A DNA stretch of 64,000 nucleotides from positions 249,528-313,527 of the forward strand of contig JAVBLM010000019.1 in assembly GCA_031553535.1 (NCBI GenBank). Direction: 5' to 3'. The translations under genes and the position numbers were made by a program. This document shows positions 1-9,904 of the stretch, piece after piece; positions within the stretch are counted from its first letter, which is position 1; every line of letters starts with the position of its first letter. The DNA comes from Bacteroidales bacterium (GTDB taxonomy: Bacteria > Bacteroidota > Bacteroidia > Bacteroidales > WCHB1-69). The notes under the pieces are model-generated. The model was not told the DNA's origin and ran no database searches. It saw only the letters and a list, made by a program, of their open reading frames with translations.

Positions 1-297
1 TTTATCAATCGAAATAACCTCATCAAAATAAGGAAGATTCTTTGCTATTTCTTCCCAAGCAACATTACATAGCAAAACCAAATGCTTATCCGGAAAATGC
101 TTCCGAAATTCTTTAGCAGAATCTAACCAAATAATAGAATCGCCAATTGCATCCAAACGCATGATTAAAATGCTATTTTCTTTTTTTGATGGAATTAACT
201 TCAAGAAGCAATATTCAACTTGATAGTATAATTGAAGAATAAAATAGAGCGTTTTTCTCACAAAATATCTATAATTTCCTTTAAAAAAATTTGTCAT
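1..297 (-). CDS. glycosyltransferase family 9 (heptosyltransferase-like), N-terminal 99 codons; remainder lies beyond the window start
   Basis: Minus-strand ATG at 297-295, open to position 1. MTNFFKGNYRYF...ENSILIMRLDAIGDSIIWLDSAKEF carries the LxxRxDxIGD signature typical of GT9 N-termini. Not in the ORF track because it is truncated by the edge. Confidence 0.5.
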   Translation of the reverse strand, partial: MTNFFKGNYRYFVRKTLYFILQLYYQVEYCFLKLIPSKKENSILIMRLDAIGDSIIWLDSAKEFRKHFPDKHLVLLCNVAWEEIAKNLPYFDEVISIDK

Positions 298-299
298 TT

Positions 300-1226
300 T
301 TATCTTGAATAATCAGTTCTCTCATCTTTTTCTCTAATTTCTAAATATTTATCTTTATATTCATCTATAGCATTTCTCACTATTTGTACATTTGATTTTG
401 TAACAGCAAGCACATCTACATAGCAAAATGTCGTCGGAATTTGACTTTTTGTCATGTTATATAGATAATTATGAATATTTTCCAATATATGATAATCTGA
501 ATTTTCGATTAAAATATTTCCATAATTATCAAATATATAAATATCGGTATAATCATTTTCTTTCAGAAGGTTATATAAGTCATTAAATCCTTCATATTGG
601 AATTTATTTTCAATTTGATTTTCCCAAAATAAAATAGGTTGAGATTCCTTTAATATTTTTTCTCCCGACTTAATCACATCAAAATCAAAACCATCTACAT
701 CACTTTTCAAAAACAAGACATTATTATGCTCTTCTATAATCTGATCTAATGGTATATGAGTAGATATCGTTTGATCTTTTGTAATCTTAATAGAGGCCGT
801 TGAACCTTCATTTGCGTTTAAACTACCTGCAATTTCACCCGTTCCAACAAGTTCTTGAATTAATTTGATTCGTTGATAATCATAGGAAGAAAAAACATCA
901 ACGTTTTTTTTGAGATACTTGAAAAAAAAAGGAGAACCCTCAATACAAACAAATGAATTTGAGCATTCTCGTATCATTGCACTCAATGTATCACCAACAT
1001 TAGCACCAACATCTATTATAAGACCTTTGGATGGGAAATGTTTTGCCAAAACAGGCAGAAACCGATCATATAATATATACTTTTTCTGGTTATCTAATAA
1101 ATTCAAACTTGAAGGAACCGATAATTTATATTCACCTATTTGGTATTTTTTATCATGAATAAATGACTTATTTATTCTTTTTCGAAAAGCATTCCAAAGA
1201 ATGTTTAAAGAGCTTTTTATTTCCAT
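300..1226 (-). CDS. FkbM family methyltransferase
   Basis: 308 aa with IIDVGANVGDT SAM-binding motif and FkbM-like layout. Its stop lies 2 nt upstream of the GT9 start codon. Confidence 0.75.
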   Translation of the reverse strand: MEIKSSLNILWNAFRKRINKSFIHDKKYQIGEYKLSVPSSLNLLDNQKKYILYDRFLPVLAKHFPSKGLIIDVGANVGDTLSAMIRECSNSFVCIEGSPFFFKYLKKNVDVFSSYDYQRIKLIQELVGTGEIAGSLNANEGSTASIKITKDQTISTHIPLDQIIEEHNNVLFLKSDVDGFDFDVIKSGEKILKESQPILFWENQIENKFQYEGFNDLYNLLKENDYTDIYIFDNYGNILIENSDYHILENIHNYLYNMTKSQIPTTFCYVDVLAVTKSNVQIVRNAIDEYKDKYLEIREKDERTDYSR

Positions 1227-1232
1227 AAATAA

Positions 1233-2144
1233 TTATAATTTCTCGTTTTGATCGGTTAAAATATTTATCACTTCCAATCCTTTAATTAAATTTAATTTTT
1301 CATCTCCTGATTTCAAAGATAATTTATAGTCCTTATCCCTACTCTGGCGAGACTTGTCCTCTTTAAACGCTTGCTTAACTGTAATTTTCCTTACCTTGCT
1401 ATTTAACAAATCTCTTCTTATAAAAAAAGCATTCGTCCCTGCAATGTTACATCCTATAAGTTCATATCCTTTTTCTTCTGCCAGATGTGTTAAGGCAGGC
1501 AAAGATGCTCCAAAAAACAAATTACTATAATGCGCTTTCGTTCTATTGAAATCATTTCGATAAGGTACCGATATAAATCGATCTGAACCAAATAGTGCAT
1601 TATATTCAACAATAATAATAGAAGGGTTTAATGTTGATAATTCTATCTCTTTAAAAATCCAGTAATCATTTCCATCTATGTCTATACTGAGTAACCCTAT
1701 ATTTTTAAAACCTGATTTATCAAGTAATTTATTAATATTATTTTTATCAATAAAAGTAGCTTCCGCTATTAAATCGTATGCCCAAAACCACTCTCTTTTT
1801 CTCAATGTTTTCATAGCGCCTTCTGATCCATCAATAACAAATCCTCGCCAATTATTATTCATCATTAAAAACCTAGTATTCGACTCCATATAATTTTCTA
1901 CACCAAATTCTATGAAAGTATCATTCTCTATAAACAAATTTTTAATTAAATACTGGATAATACCATCCTCACCCCTTTGAGAAAAAATCTTAAATTCATA
2001 ATCATTTATATCCTCTGAATCTAATAAACACTGTTGATTTGATAAAAGCCTACCTGTTGCTATTAAATTTGTTTCTATTTTCCTAAATAAAGGAGTTAAT
2101 AGTGAATACAGCCATTTTTTTCCCGTTTTTTTAAAAATATTCAT
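1233..2144 (-). CDS. FkbM-like SAM-dependent methyltransferase (weak assignment)
   Basis: 303 aa. FIEFGVENYMESNTRFL..WRGFVIDGS resembles the FxExGAxDGxxxSNT..W.G core of FkbM-type enzymes. Confidence 0.5.
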   Translation of the reverse strand: MNIFKKTGKKWLYSLLTPLFRKIETNLIATGRLLSNQQCLLDSEDINDYEFKIFSQRGEDGIIQYLIKNLFIENDTFIEFGVENYMESNTRFLMMNNNWRGFVIDGSEGAMKTLRKREWFWAYDLIAEATFIDKNNINKLLDKSGFKNIGLLSIDIDGNDYWIFKEIELSTLNPSIIIVEYNALFGSDRFISVPYRNDFNRTKAHYSNLFFGASLPALTHLAEEKGYELIGCNIAGTNAFFIRRDLLNSKVRKITVKQAFKEDKSRQSRDKDYKLSLKSGDEKLNLIKGLEVINILTDQNEKL

Positions 2145-2219
2145 ATTTATTATTTATTGATTATTTCATAAAATAAGTTTTCAATAAAAGAGAACCTGAA
2201 TTTTTAGCAAAAATATTTT

Positions 2220-3140
2220 TTATTTCTTGAAATTAAGTATTAAAAACCGCCTAACTCCTCTGTATAATATTCTTATTGTTGATTTGTGAAAATGATATTT
2301 ATAATAAGACGAATCCGCTTCAAGATTCTGTTCTACCATATCAGGGTGTCTGAGAGGCATTATTCCAGAAGTTTTTACATTTGCACATTTATGATTAACA
2401 TCTTTACAATGAACCGCATCTTTACTAAATCCGATGTTTGAGACCAAATTTACTTTAGGAACAATGGCTAGTCCATTATTTTTCCAAATGTTGAATATTA
2501 ATTGGTAGTCCCAAGTATCAACTATATGTTCTTTTAACAAAATATATCGATCTATCCATACCTGACGTTCAGTCCAAGACGAAAAATATTTTTCTATAAT
2601 CTTTTTAAACTCAGGAAAACTAATATTATCCAAGTTATAATCATATCCATTTAAAGTTCTTCGCCATCCGGCCCATCCCCATATAAAAGGATATGCGGAA
2701 AAATAATAAGAAGATTCTCCATATTTTATTTCTTGTTGAAAATTATTGCCTCCGATCAACATTACAGTATTACTCTCCATATATTTATTCAACAATTCCT
2801 CGCAATATGGAAAGAAATCAATATGAGGTAAGCAATCCTCTTCTAATATAATACCTTGTTCGACATGCTCAAAAAACCACACAACTGCGGAACTAACTCC
2901 TTTTCCTGGGCCAACATTTTCTTCCCTGAAAAATGTTTTTACTTCACAATCCCAATCTATTTGATTGATAATGTCACGAGATTTCCGGACCTTTTCCACC
3001 TCTCCTTCCTTTTGAGGACGTGCTCCATCAGATGCAATATATAGATATTTGGGTTTTTGTTGCTTTATTACATTAAAAATTTCTTGAACTAAATGTGGTC
3101 GATTGAAAATAATAAATAATATAGGAATGTTATATGACAT
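2220..3140 (-). CDS. glycosyltransferase, GT-A fold (nucleotide-diphospho-sugar transferase-like)
   Basis: The ORF-track start at 3170 is TTG. The first ATG at 3140 gives MSYNIPILFIIFNRPHL, a typical GT-A N-terminus. An acidic ILEEDC motif is present. Confidence 0.5.
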   Translation of the reverse strand: MSYNIPILFIIFNRPHLVQEIFNVIKQQKPKYLYIASDGARPQKEGEVEKVRKSRDIINQIDWDCEVKTFFREENVGPGKGVSSAVVWFFEHVEQGIILEEDCLPHIDFFPYCEELLNKYMESNTVMLIGGNNFQQEIKYGESSYYFSAYPFIWGWAGWRRTLNGYDYNLDNISFPEFKKIIEKYFSSWTERQVWIDRYILLKEHIVDTWDYQLIFNIWKNNGLAIVPKVNLVSNIGFSKDAVHCKDVNHKCANVKTSGIMPLRHPDMVEQNLEADSSYYKYHFHKSTIRILYRGVRRFLILNFKK

Positions 3141-3385
3141 GAAAATATATCTAATAAATTTTATTGACAAATAAAATAGCTAAAAAGATGTATTAATGTT
3201 AATTAACTAAAAACTTGTTTAATATTTACAATGTTTTTATACATTTGTTTTTAGAACGTTATACTAAATCTCAATAAGCAAGTTTTAAATCAATTATTAC
3301 TAACACGTAAAAAAGTACAAAAATAATATTTTTATCTTTAAAAAAATACTACTTTTACATTTCATGAAAATTATTATTAAATTAT

Positions 3386-4348
3386 ATGGAATATAAATGC
3401 TCTATTTGCGACAATGACAAAAACAATACTCTTTTAATTGCAAAAGAAATGATGTTGGGTACTTTTGAAAATTTTGAATACTATAAATGTTCAAGATGTG
3501 GATGTGCCCAAATTAAGAATATCCCTGAAAATTTACAGCAATATTATAATACAGACGTATATTATTCTTTCCAACAGTCCCAATCCCAAAGAAAAAAAAA
3601 TGCTCTTGAGAACTTAATACGTAAACAAGTTTTTAAATATAGACTGAAAAGAATTAATCTGATTGGAAAAATAATTTGCACCTATAATAAAAATTTATTT
3701 TCATGGGTCATTCCTAATACTTTCAATTTTAACTCATCTATAATTGATATTGGATCAGGAGCAGGAAATTTATTAGTAAAAATGGCTAATTCAGGATTTA
3801 AAAATTTATATGGAATAGACCCTTATATAGAACAAGATATTATTCATGAATGTGGAAAAGTCAAATTTAAGATAGAAAAAAAAGAGGTTGATAATATTAG
3901 AGATAAATATGATTTAATTATGATGCATCATTCTTTCGAACATATGGATAATCCTCACAAAGTGCTCGAAGACATAAAAAACATAATGCATCCTAATAGT
4001 AAAATCTTAATAAGAATACCTATTATTGATAGTTATTTTTGGCGAAAATATGGAATATATTGGTATGGATTCGACGCACCAAGGCATTTATTTCTATATT
4101 CGGTTAATAGTATATATCTACTAGCAGAAAAACACGGTTTTAACATAGACACATTAAACTTTGATGCAGTAAAAGACAGTTTTATTTGCTCCGAAAATTT
4201 TCAAAGAAATATTCATAGATATTCTGATAAATATGCACCTAATATTATCCCTAAAAAAGGATTAAGAAAAGAGATAAGAAAATTGAACACGCTTTGTGAC
4301 AGTGATAGTGTATATTTTTACTTATCTCTGAAGAATATTAGCATGTAA
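3386..4348 (+). CDS. class I SAM-dependent methyltransferase with N-terminal Cys4 zinc ribbon
   Basis: CSICDN..CSRCGC is followed by IIDIGSGAGNLL (motif I) and DLIMMHHSFEH. Confidence 0.75.
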   Translation: MEYKCSICDNDKNNTLLIAKEMMLGTFENFEYYKCSRCGCAQIKNIPENLQQYYNTDVYYSFQQSQSQRKKNALENLIRKQVFKYRLKRINLIGKIICTYNKNLFSWVIPNTFNFNSSIIDIGSGAGNLLVKMANSGFKNLYGIDPYIEQDIIHECGKVKFKIEKKEVDNIRDKYDLIMMHHSFEHMDNPHKVLEDIKNIMHPNSKILIRIPIIDSYFWRKYGIYWYGFDAPRHLFLYSVNSIYLLAEKHGFNIDTLNFDAVKDSFICSENFQRNIHRYSDKYAPNIIPKKGLRKEIRKLNTLCDSDSVYFYLSLKNISM

Positions 4349-4465
4349 TGCATAAAATCTCTATCAATTACTATTTTTCATAAAAAAGGATACGGTATAG
4401 AATATTTTGCATTTTTTACAAATAGTTTCTGTCTTAAACTATCTCATAATGCATTTAATTATTTT

Positions 4466-5752
4466 CTACAGTCTTCCATGAATTAGTTTCTTATCTAACA
4501 GTCCTTTTACATCAAACAAGATTATTTTATGATTTTTCAAAGAATCAAAATCCATTTCTTTAAATTCATTATGAGCGACCGCTAAGATAATCGCATTATA
4601 TAATTTAAAATTGGGCATACCATCAAGCAAATCTATATTATATTCTTGTTTAACCTCTTTCTTTATTGCATAAGGATCGAATATATCTACCTGAACGCCA
4701 AAGTCTTTAAGCTCATTTACCACATCTATTACTTTGGTATTACGGGTATCAGGACAATTCTCTTTAAAGGTAAATCCTAAAATCAAGATTCGACTTCCCT
4801 CAATGGGTATTTCATATTTAGTCATCAACTTCAATGTTTTTGAAGCCACAAAACGTCCCATCTCATCATTGACAGTCCTACCTGATAAAATAACCTGAGG
4901 ATTATAGCCTAAGCATTGAGATTTATAAGACAAATAGTATGGATCTACCCCTATACAATGTCCTCCTACCAAGCCAGGTGTAAATTTCAGAAAATTCCAC
5001 TTCGAACTGGCAGCTTCAAGCACTTCTTTTGTATCAATATCCATTTTGTCAAATATCAAAGACAATTCATTCATAAAAGAAATATTTACATCTCTTTGCG
5101 CATTTTCTATTGCTTTGCTTGCTTCTGCCACTTTTATAGAAGAAGCTTTGAACGTACCCGCTCTAATTATTGAACGATATACATTATCTATAATATCGGC
5201 TATTCTATCATTTGAACCCGAAACTACTTTTTTAATGGTAGTAAGTGTATTTTGTTTATCTCCCGGATTAATCCGCTCCGGGGAATAACCACAAAAAAAA
5301 TCAATATTATATCTCAGTTTAGAATATTTCTCCAATATCGGCACACATTCTTCTTCCGTACAGCCCGGATATACGGTTGATTCATATACAACAATATCAC
5401 CCTTTTTTAATAATTCACCAATCTCTTTCGATGCATTTAACAAGAATGACAAATCAGGTGTTTTGAATTTCGTAATCGGTGTTGGTACCGTAATAATATA
5501 AAAATTACAATCCGCTATTGAAGCAATATTATTCGTTATAACTAATCCCTTCGAAGAAGAATCTTCATTATATAATGAAGAGAAAAGTTCTTCTTTTTCA
5601 ATTTCTTTGGTAATATCTATCCCTTGATTAAGAGCATCAACCCTCTCTTTATCAAGATCAAAACCTATTGTTTCGTACTTTTTACCAAACTCTACCGCCA
5701 ACGGTAATCCCACATACCCAAGACCAACAACACCTATTTTTATATTTTCCAT
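4466..5752 (-). CDS. nucleotide-sugar 6-dehydrogenase (UDP-glucose/GDP-mannose dehydrogenase family, UDP-HexNAc dehydrogenase-like)
   Basis: KIGVVGLGYVGLPLAVEF Rossmann motif and catalytic GGHCIGVDP. The track start at 5767 is TTG; the ATG at 5752 (MENIKIG) is preferred. Confidence 0.85.
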   Translation of the reverse strand: MENIKIGVVGLGYVGLPLAVEFGKKYETIGFDLDKERVDALNQGIDITKEIEKEELFSSLYNEDSSSKGLVITNNIASIADCNFYIITVPTPITKFKTPDLSFLLNASKEIGELLKKGDIVVYESTVYPGCTEEECVPILEKYSKLRYNIDFFCGYSPERINPGDKQNTLTTIKKVVSGSNDRIADIIDNVYRSIIRAGTFKASSIKVAEASKAIENAQRDVNISFMNELSLIFDKMDIDTKEVLEAASSKWNFLKFTPGLVGGHCIGVDPYYLSYKSQCLGYNPQVILSGRTVNDEMGRFVASKTLKLMTKYEIPIEGSRILILGFTFKENCPDTRNTKVIDVVNELKDFGVQVDIFDPYAIKKEVKQEYNIDLLDGMPNFKLYNAIILAVAHNEFKEMDFDSLKNHKIILFDVKGLLDKKLIHGRL

Positions 5753-5793
5753 TATTTTAATATCCAAAGAAATAGTCTTTATAAAAATGCAAA

Positions 5794-5801
5794 CAAAAAT
5801 A
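5794..5801 (-). promoter_or_regulatory. putative Bacteroidota -7 promoter box (TAnnTTTG)
   Basis: The minus strand reads TATTTTTG, about 42 nt upstream of the ATG at 5752. Confidence 0.45.
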
Positions 5802-5889
5802 CTAAATTAAGTCTACAGCTTTTACAAAATTACATTTTTTATCTATGTTCCATTATTAAAACACTTTCTTACTTACAAATACAACTCAA

Positions 5890-7131
5890 CTAGGTCTTTT
5901 CTTCTACCTTCGCAAATAATCTAACAATATTAACAATAACTTCTACTGCTTTTTGCATTGATTCCAGCACAACATATTCATATTTTCCATGAAAATTATG
6001 CCCTCCTGTAAAGATATTCGGGCATGGAAGCCCCATAAATGATAGCCGTGCTCCATCCGTTCCTCCCCGTATAGGAAGTATTTCAGGAATGACACCTGCT
6101 CCTTTCATAGCTTCTTCAGCGATAGTTATGATAAACTTCACCTTCTCTACTTTTTCAAACATGTTGTAATATTGATCTTTAATTGTATATGTAATACAAT
6201 CCTGCCCATATTTATTATTTAACTGATCAATAATAGAAGTAAGCAATTGTTTCCGTTCTTCGAACCGGGCTTTATCATGATCCCGGATAATATAATGCAT
6301 AGTACTATCTTCAACACTTCCCTCCATGTGGGTCAATAAGAAAAATCCCTCGTAACCATCGGTATATTCAGGTTTCTGTTTAGGAGGGAGTAATGATTCA
6401 ATTTCCATAGCAATCAGCTGCGAATTAACCATCTTTCCTTTTGCCATTCCGGGATGAATATCCAACCCTTGAATATGAATATTAACAACGGCTGCATTAA
6501 AGTTTTCATACTCCAAGCCTCCAATTTCTCCTCCATCTATAGTATAGGCATAATCGGCCCCAAATTTTTCGACATCAAAATGATCCAGTCCCGTCCCTAT
6601 CTCTTCATCCGGAGTAAATGCAATACATATTTCCCCATGTTCAATTTCAGGATGTTGCAACACGTATTCCATCGCCGTTACAATTTCAGCGATACCCGCT
6701 TTATCATCTGCTCCCAAAAGAGTTGTTCCATCAGTATGAATAATTGTCTGCCCTTGATAGCGTAATAGCTCGGGAAACATCTTCGTATCTAAAATGATAT
6801 TTTTCTTTTGATCAATTACTATGGACTGTCCATCATAGTTTTTTACTATACCCGGATTAGTACATTTTCCACTCATTCCCGGTGCCGTATCCATATGGGA
6901 AATAAAACCGATAGCAGGAATTTCCCGATCTGTATTTGCCGGAATCCTGCCCATAACATACCCATATTTATCCATAAGTACATCTTGCACTCCGATTTCT
7001 TTTAACTCATTTGCTAACTGTTGCCCAAAAGCAAGCTGCGAAACTGTACTGGGAATCGTATCCGAATCAGGATCAGACTGCATATCAATAGCAATATAAC
7101 GCAAAAAACGCTTTAATAAATCATCCGTCAT
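5890..7131 (-). CDS. pepT: peptidase T (tripeptide aminopeptidase, M20B)
   Basis: MTDDLLKRFLRYIAIDMQSDPDS N-terminus, with HMDTAP and GADDKAGIAEI metal-ligand motifs. The track start at 7164 is GTG; the ATG at 7131 is preferred. Confidence 0.9.
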   Translation of the reverse strand: MTDDLLKRFLRYIAIDMQSDPDSDTIPSTVSQLAFGQQLANELKEIGVQDVLMDKYGYVMGRIPANTDREIPAIGFISHMDTAPGMSGKCTNPGIVKNYDGQSIVIDQKKNIILDTKMFPELLRYQGQTIIHTDGTTLLGADDKAGIAEIVTAMEYVLQHPEIEHGEICIAFTPDEEIGTGLDHFDVEKFGADYAYTIDGGEIGGLEYENFNAAVVNIHIQGLDIHPGMAKGKMVNSQLIAMEIESLLPPKQKPEYTDGYEGFFLLTHMEGSVEDSTMHYIIRDHDKARFEERKQLLTSIIDQLNNKYGQDCITYTIKDQYYNMFEKVEKVKFIITIAEEAMKGAGVIPEILPIRGGTDGARLSFMGLPCPNIFTGGHNFHGKYEYVVLESMQKAVEVIVNIVRLFAKVEEKT

Positions 7132-7189
7132 TTCATAAAACTTTAAGACATTATAAAGAAACACCTATATTATAAAAACATCCGTGGAT

Positions 7190-8285
7190 TCACGAAGATG
7201 TTCCTCCAAACTCCATCAAATAAGCTTTTAAGAAACCGTCAATATCGCCATCCAAAACGGCTTGGGTGTTGCCCGTTTCAAAACTCGTACGATTATCTTT
7301 CACCAATTTATATGGGTGCAAAACATAGTTTCTGATCTGGGAACCCCATTCTATCCTTTTTTTCGTGCTTTCTATTTCATCTATTTTGGCATACTTCTTC
7401 TGCAATTCCTGTTCGTACAAACGGGATTTGAGCATTTGCATTGCTTTTTCCTTGTTCTGAAGCTGAGATCTTGTCTCCTGACACTCTATTACGAATCCTG
7501 AAGGATGATGATGCAACCGTACGGCTGTTTCCACCTTATTGACATTCTGTCCACCGGGCCCTCCGGAACGGAATGTGTCCCAACTGATATCTCCCGGATT
7601 TACCACAATATTGATATTCTCATCCACTACCGGATAAGCAAATACAGAAGCAAAAGAAGTATGGCGTTTATTTGCCGCATCAAAAGGGGACAAACGAACC
7701 AAACGGTGTACCCCACTCTCTCCTTTTAAGTTGCCATAACCATATTCACCGTCCAATTCGATCGTAGCCGATTTGATTCCGGCTACATCTCCATCCTGGC
7801 GATCCAGTTCTTTTATTTTATAGTTATGCCGCTCGCCCCAACGAACATACATACGCAAGAGCATTTCTGCCCAATCACAGCTTTCTGTCCCTCCGGCACC
7901 CGAATTGATAGTAAGGATAACACTCAAACGATCTTCTTCATTATTCATCATTCGACGAAACTCTAAATCTTCAATTGCAACAAGCGCCTTATTATAAACC
8001 TCATCACACTCTGCTTCGGAAATCTCCTCCAACGACAAAAACTCTACCGCAATAGGAACTTCATCCATCAATTGCTTTGCTTTGTTAAAAGCGTCTGTCC
8101 AAACCTTTAATGCACTGATTTTTTTCAATTTCTGTTCCGCTTCCTGGGGATTATCCCAAAAATTGGCAGCATGGGTTTCTTCTTCTTTCTTACTTATTTC
8201 TTCAAGTTTCCTGTCGATGTCAAAGAAACCTCCTTAGCTCACTGAGCCTCTTTGAAAGTTCTTTTATCTGATCGTTATTTATCAT
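7190..8285 (-). CDS. prfB: peptide chain release factor 2, joined by a programmed +1 frameshift (frame 0 8285-8223, base 8222 skipped, frame +1 8221-7190)
   Basis: The body has SPF (RLSPFD) and GGQ (GPGGQNVNK) motifs. The upstream 21 codons [21 protein letters not shown] end at an in-frame TGA within CTT TGA C, preceded by AGGAGG. Confidence 0.9.
8219..8234 (-). other. prfB recoding site: AGGAGG TTT CTT TGA C
   Basis: Read directly on the minus strand. The SD-like AGGAGG lies at 8234-8229, and the slippery CTT plus TGA C at 8225-8219. Confidence 0.85.
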
Positions 8286-8286
8286 T

Positions 8287-9165
8287 TTATTTATTGGTTT
8301 TTGTCAAACGTGGAAGTAACTTTCCTGTTGTTTTCATGTAATTAATATATTCGGGTTTATTGCCCAATTGTCTTTTTTCCATCATGGGAATACTGACAAA
8401 AACAAACAGGAAATTATTTGCAAGAGGCCCGAATATTGTCCACCAGTACTGCGGTGCAATGGATAGTAACATAAAATACACTCCCCACCATAACAATACT
8501 TCACCCAGGTAATTCGGATGACGGGAGTATTTCCATAGGCCTTCATTACATACTTTTCCTTTATTATTTTTACGGAAACGATGTATCTGTATATCGGAAA
8601 TCAATTGCAGCAATGCGGCAAATATACATAAAGCAAAACCAAGGTAAGTGAAAATATTAGCTTCTGCATCCGTTCGCAATGTGTAAAAAGCAGGAATCAT
8701 AGCCAAAAAAACAACCAAAGTCGGAAGCAAATGAATACCTGTAAAATTAACCAGCTGCCATATCTTCGGGTTTTCTTCCTTAAGCTGCGTATAGCGCCAG
8801 TCCTGATGATAGAGATTGGGAAATGTAATCATCCAGTTTACCGTTAACCGGATTCCCCAAAACCAAATGGCTATTAAAAGTAGAATAGCCGGCATGGTAA
8901 ATAATCCGTAATAATAAAACAGCAGTGTTAATATAATAGGAGGGGCAACACTCCAGTAAGGATCATAAACAGACGAATTGCCAAACAAAACCCCAAACAG
9001 CCAAACAATAACAGTAGCTGTAAGATCGGCATAAAACAGGTACAAAATATCATTCCCATTCTTATTTAAAGAAAAGATAAAAATACCGGCTACGGTCGCA
9101 ATTACATAGATAAAAAAGATTACAACAAAGCCGGCTATTCTGGATTGCTTAATTCTCTTTAACAT
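8287..9165 (-). CDS. DUF1295 family polytopic membrane protein (steroid 5-alpha-reductase / ICMT-like fold)
   Basis: 292 aa with multiple TM segments and a C-terminal RHPNYLGE motif. Its stop lies 2 nt before the prfB ATG. Confidence 0.7.
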   Translation of the reverse strand: MLKRIKQSRIAGFVVIFFIYVIATVAGIFIFSLNKNGNDILYLFYADLTATVIVWLFGVLFGNSSVYDPYWSVAPPIILTLLFYYYGLFTMPAILLLIAIWFWGIRLTVNWMITFPNLYHQDWRYTQLKEENPKIWQLVNFTGIHLLPTLVVFLAMIPAFYTLRTDAEANIFTYLGFALCIFAALLQLISDIQIHRFRKNNKGKVCNEGLWKYSRHPNYLGEVLLWWGVYFMLLSIAPQYWWTIFGPLANNFLFVFVSIPMMEKRQLGNKPEYINYMKTTGKLLPRLTKTNK

Positions 9166-9188
9166 ACCAATACTATTTAATTATTATT

Positions 9189-9424
9189 TGAAGTTACGCA
9201 AGTTAAATGAAGTTACAGGAAGTTATATTGACGAAAATCTTTGGATTGTTTCTGTAGTTCATTCATGATGCTTTTTTATTTCTTTATTATCAATTAACTA
9301 TTTCTATATTTTCTTATTTCCCTTTATATGCTTTTTCACCAATGACAGCAATTTTCTTTCTGCTTTCCGCTTGTTGCAATCGTTACCTGCAACTTGTCTA
9401 ACTTCATTTAACTTGCGGAACTTC
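9189..9424. mobile_element. MITE-like element copy A (236 bp), inverted arms built of AAGTTAC sub-repeats
   Basis: Left arm 9190-9226 is GAAGTTACGCAAGTTAAATGAAGTTACAGGAAGTTAT. The reverse complement of 9399-9424 matches its first 26 nt at 25/26. TATTATT occurs at 9182-9188 and 9425-9431 (candidate target duplication). Confidence 0.6.
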
Positions 9425-9901
9425 TATTATTCTTTTATTTATAAAATCCCACACTTCATCCGATTGATAGCCTTTGGAACTCAGATAACGAAACAATTTC
9501 TGTTTTCTTGTAATAACTGTTTCGTTCTTATGTTTCTCCAGCCATTTTGCAGCAACATCATCCAATCGCCTGATATAATTCTCTTCATTAATTTCAGAGA
9601 GAGCCTGCTTTATACAATAATCACTTATATTCCTTCTTTTAAGCTCTGCTATTATCTTTTGCTTTCCCCACGACTTGATGTTAAACTTTCCCCGTGCAAA
9701 TGTTTTTGCAAACCGCTCCTCATTAATATATCCTTCCGAAATCAACTCCCCTATAATCCACTCTGTTTTCTCTTGACCAATCCTCCACTCCCTCAATTTA
9801 CAACGAACATCCTGCTGACAGCGCTCCTGATATGCACAATAACGTTTTATCTTTTCAATAGCCTGTAAAAATGTAATAATCTTCGGGTTCGAAGGGTTCA
9901 T
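9404..9901 (-). CDS. recX: regulatory protein RecX
   Basis: 165 aa. KIKRYCAYQERCQQDVRCKL and a three-repeat helical layout are typical of RecX. The last 6 codons and the stop lie inside MITE copy A. Confidence 0.8.
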   Translation of the reverse strand: MNPSNPKIITFLQAIEKIKRYCAYQERCQQDVRCKLREWRIGQEKTEWIIGELISEGYINEERFAKTFARGKFNIKSWGKQKIIAELKRRNISDYCIKQALSEINEENYIRRLDDVAAKWLEKHKNETVITRKQKLFRYLSSKGYQSDEVWDFINKRIIEVPQVK

Positions 9902-9904
9902 CTG

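Noticed and set aside
9189-9424. Inverton (invertible promoter) interpretation of the inverted-repeat-bounded elements A, B and C
   Set aside because: None contains a TAnnTTTG box in either orientation and no site-specific recombinase gene is nearby. Flanking 7-bp direct repeats fit transposition better. Inversion cannot be excluded without read data.
9371-9868. 165-aa plus-strand ORF mirroring recX
   Set aside because: It is exactly antisense to a well-supported recX gene. The sequence is hydrophobic and low-complexity with a TTG start, which is the typical shadow ORF of AT-rich DNA.
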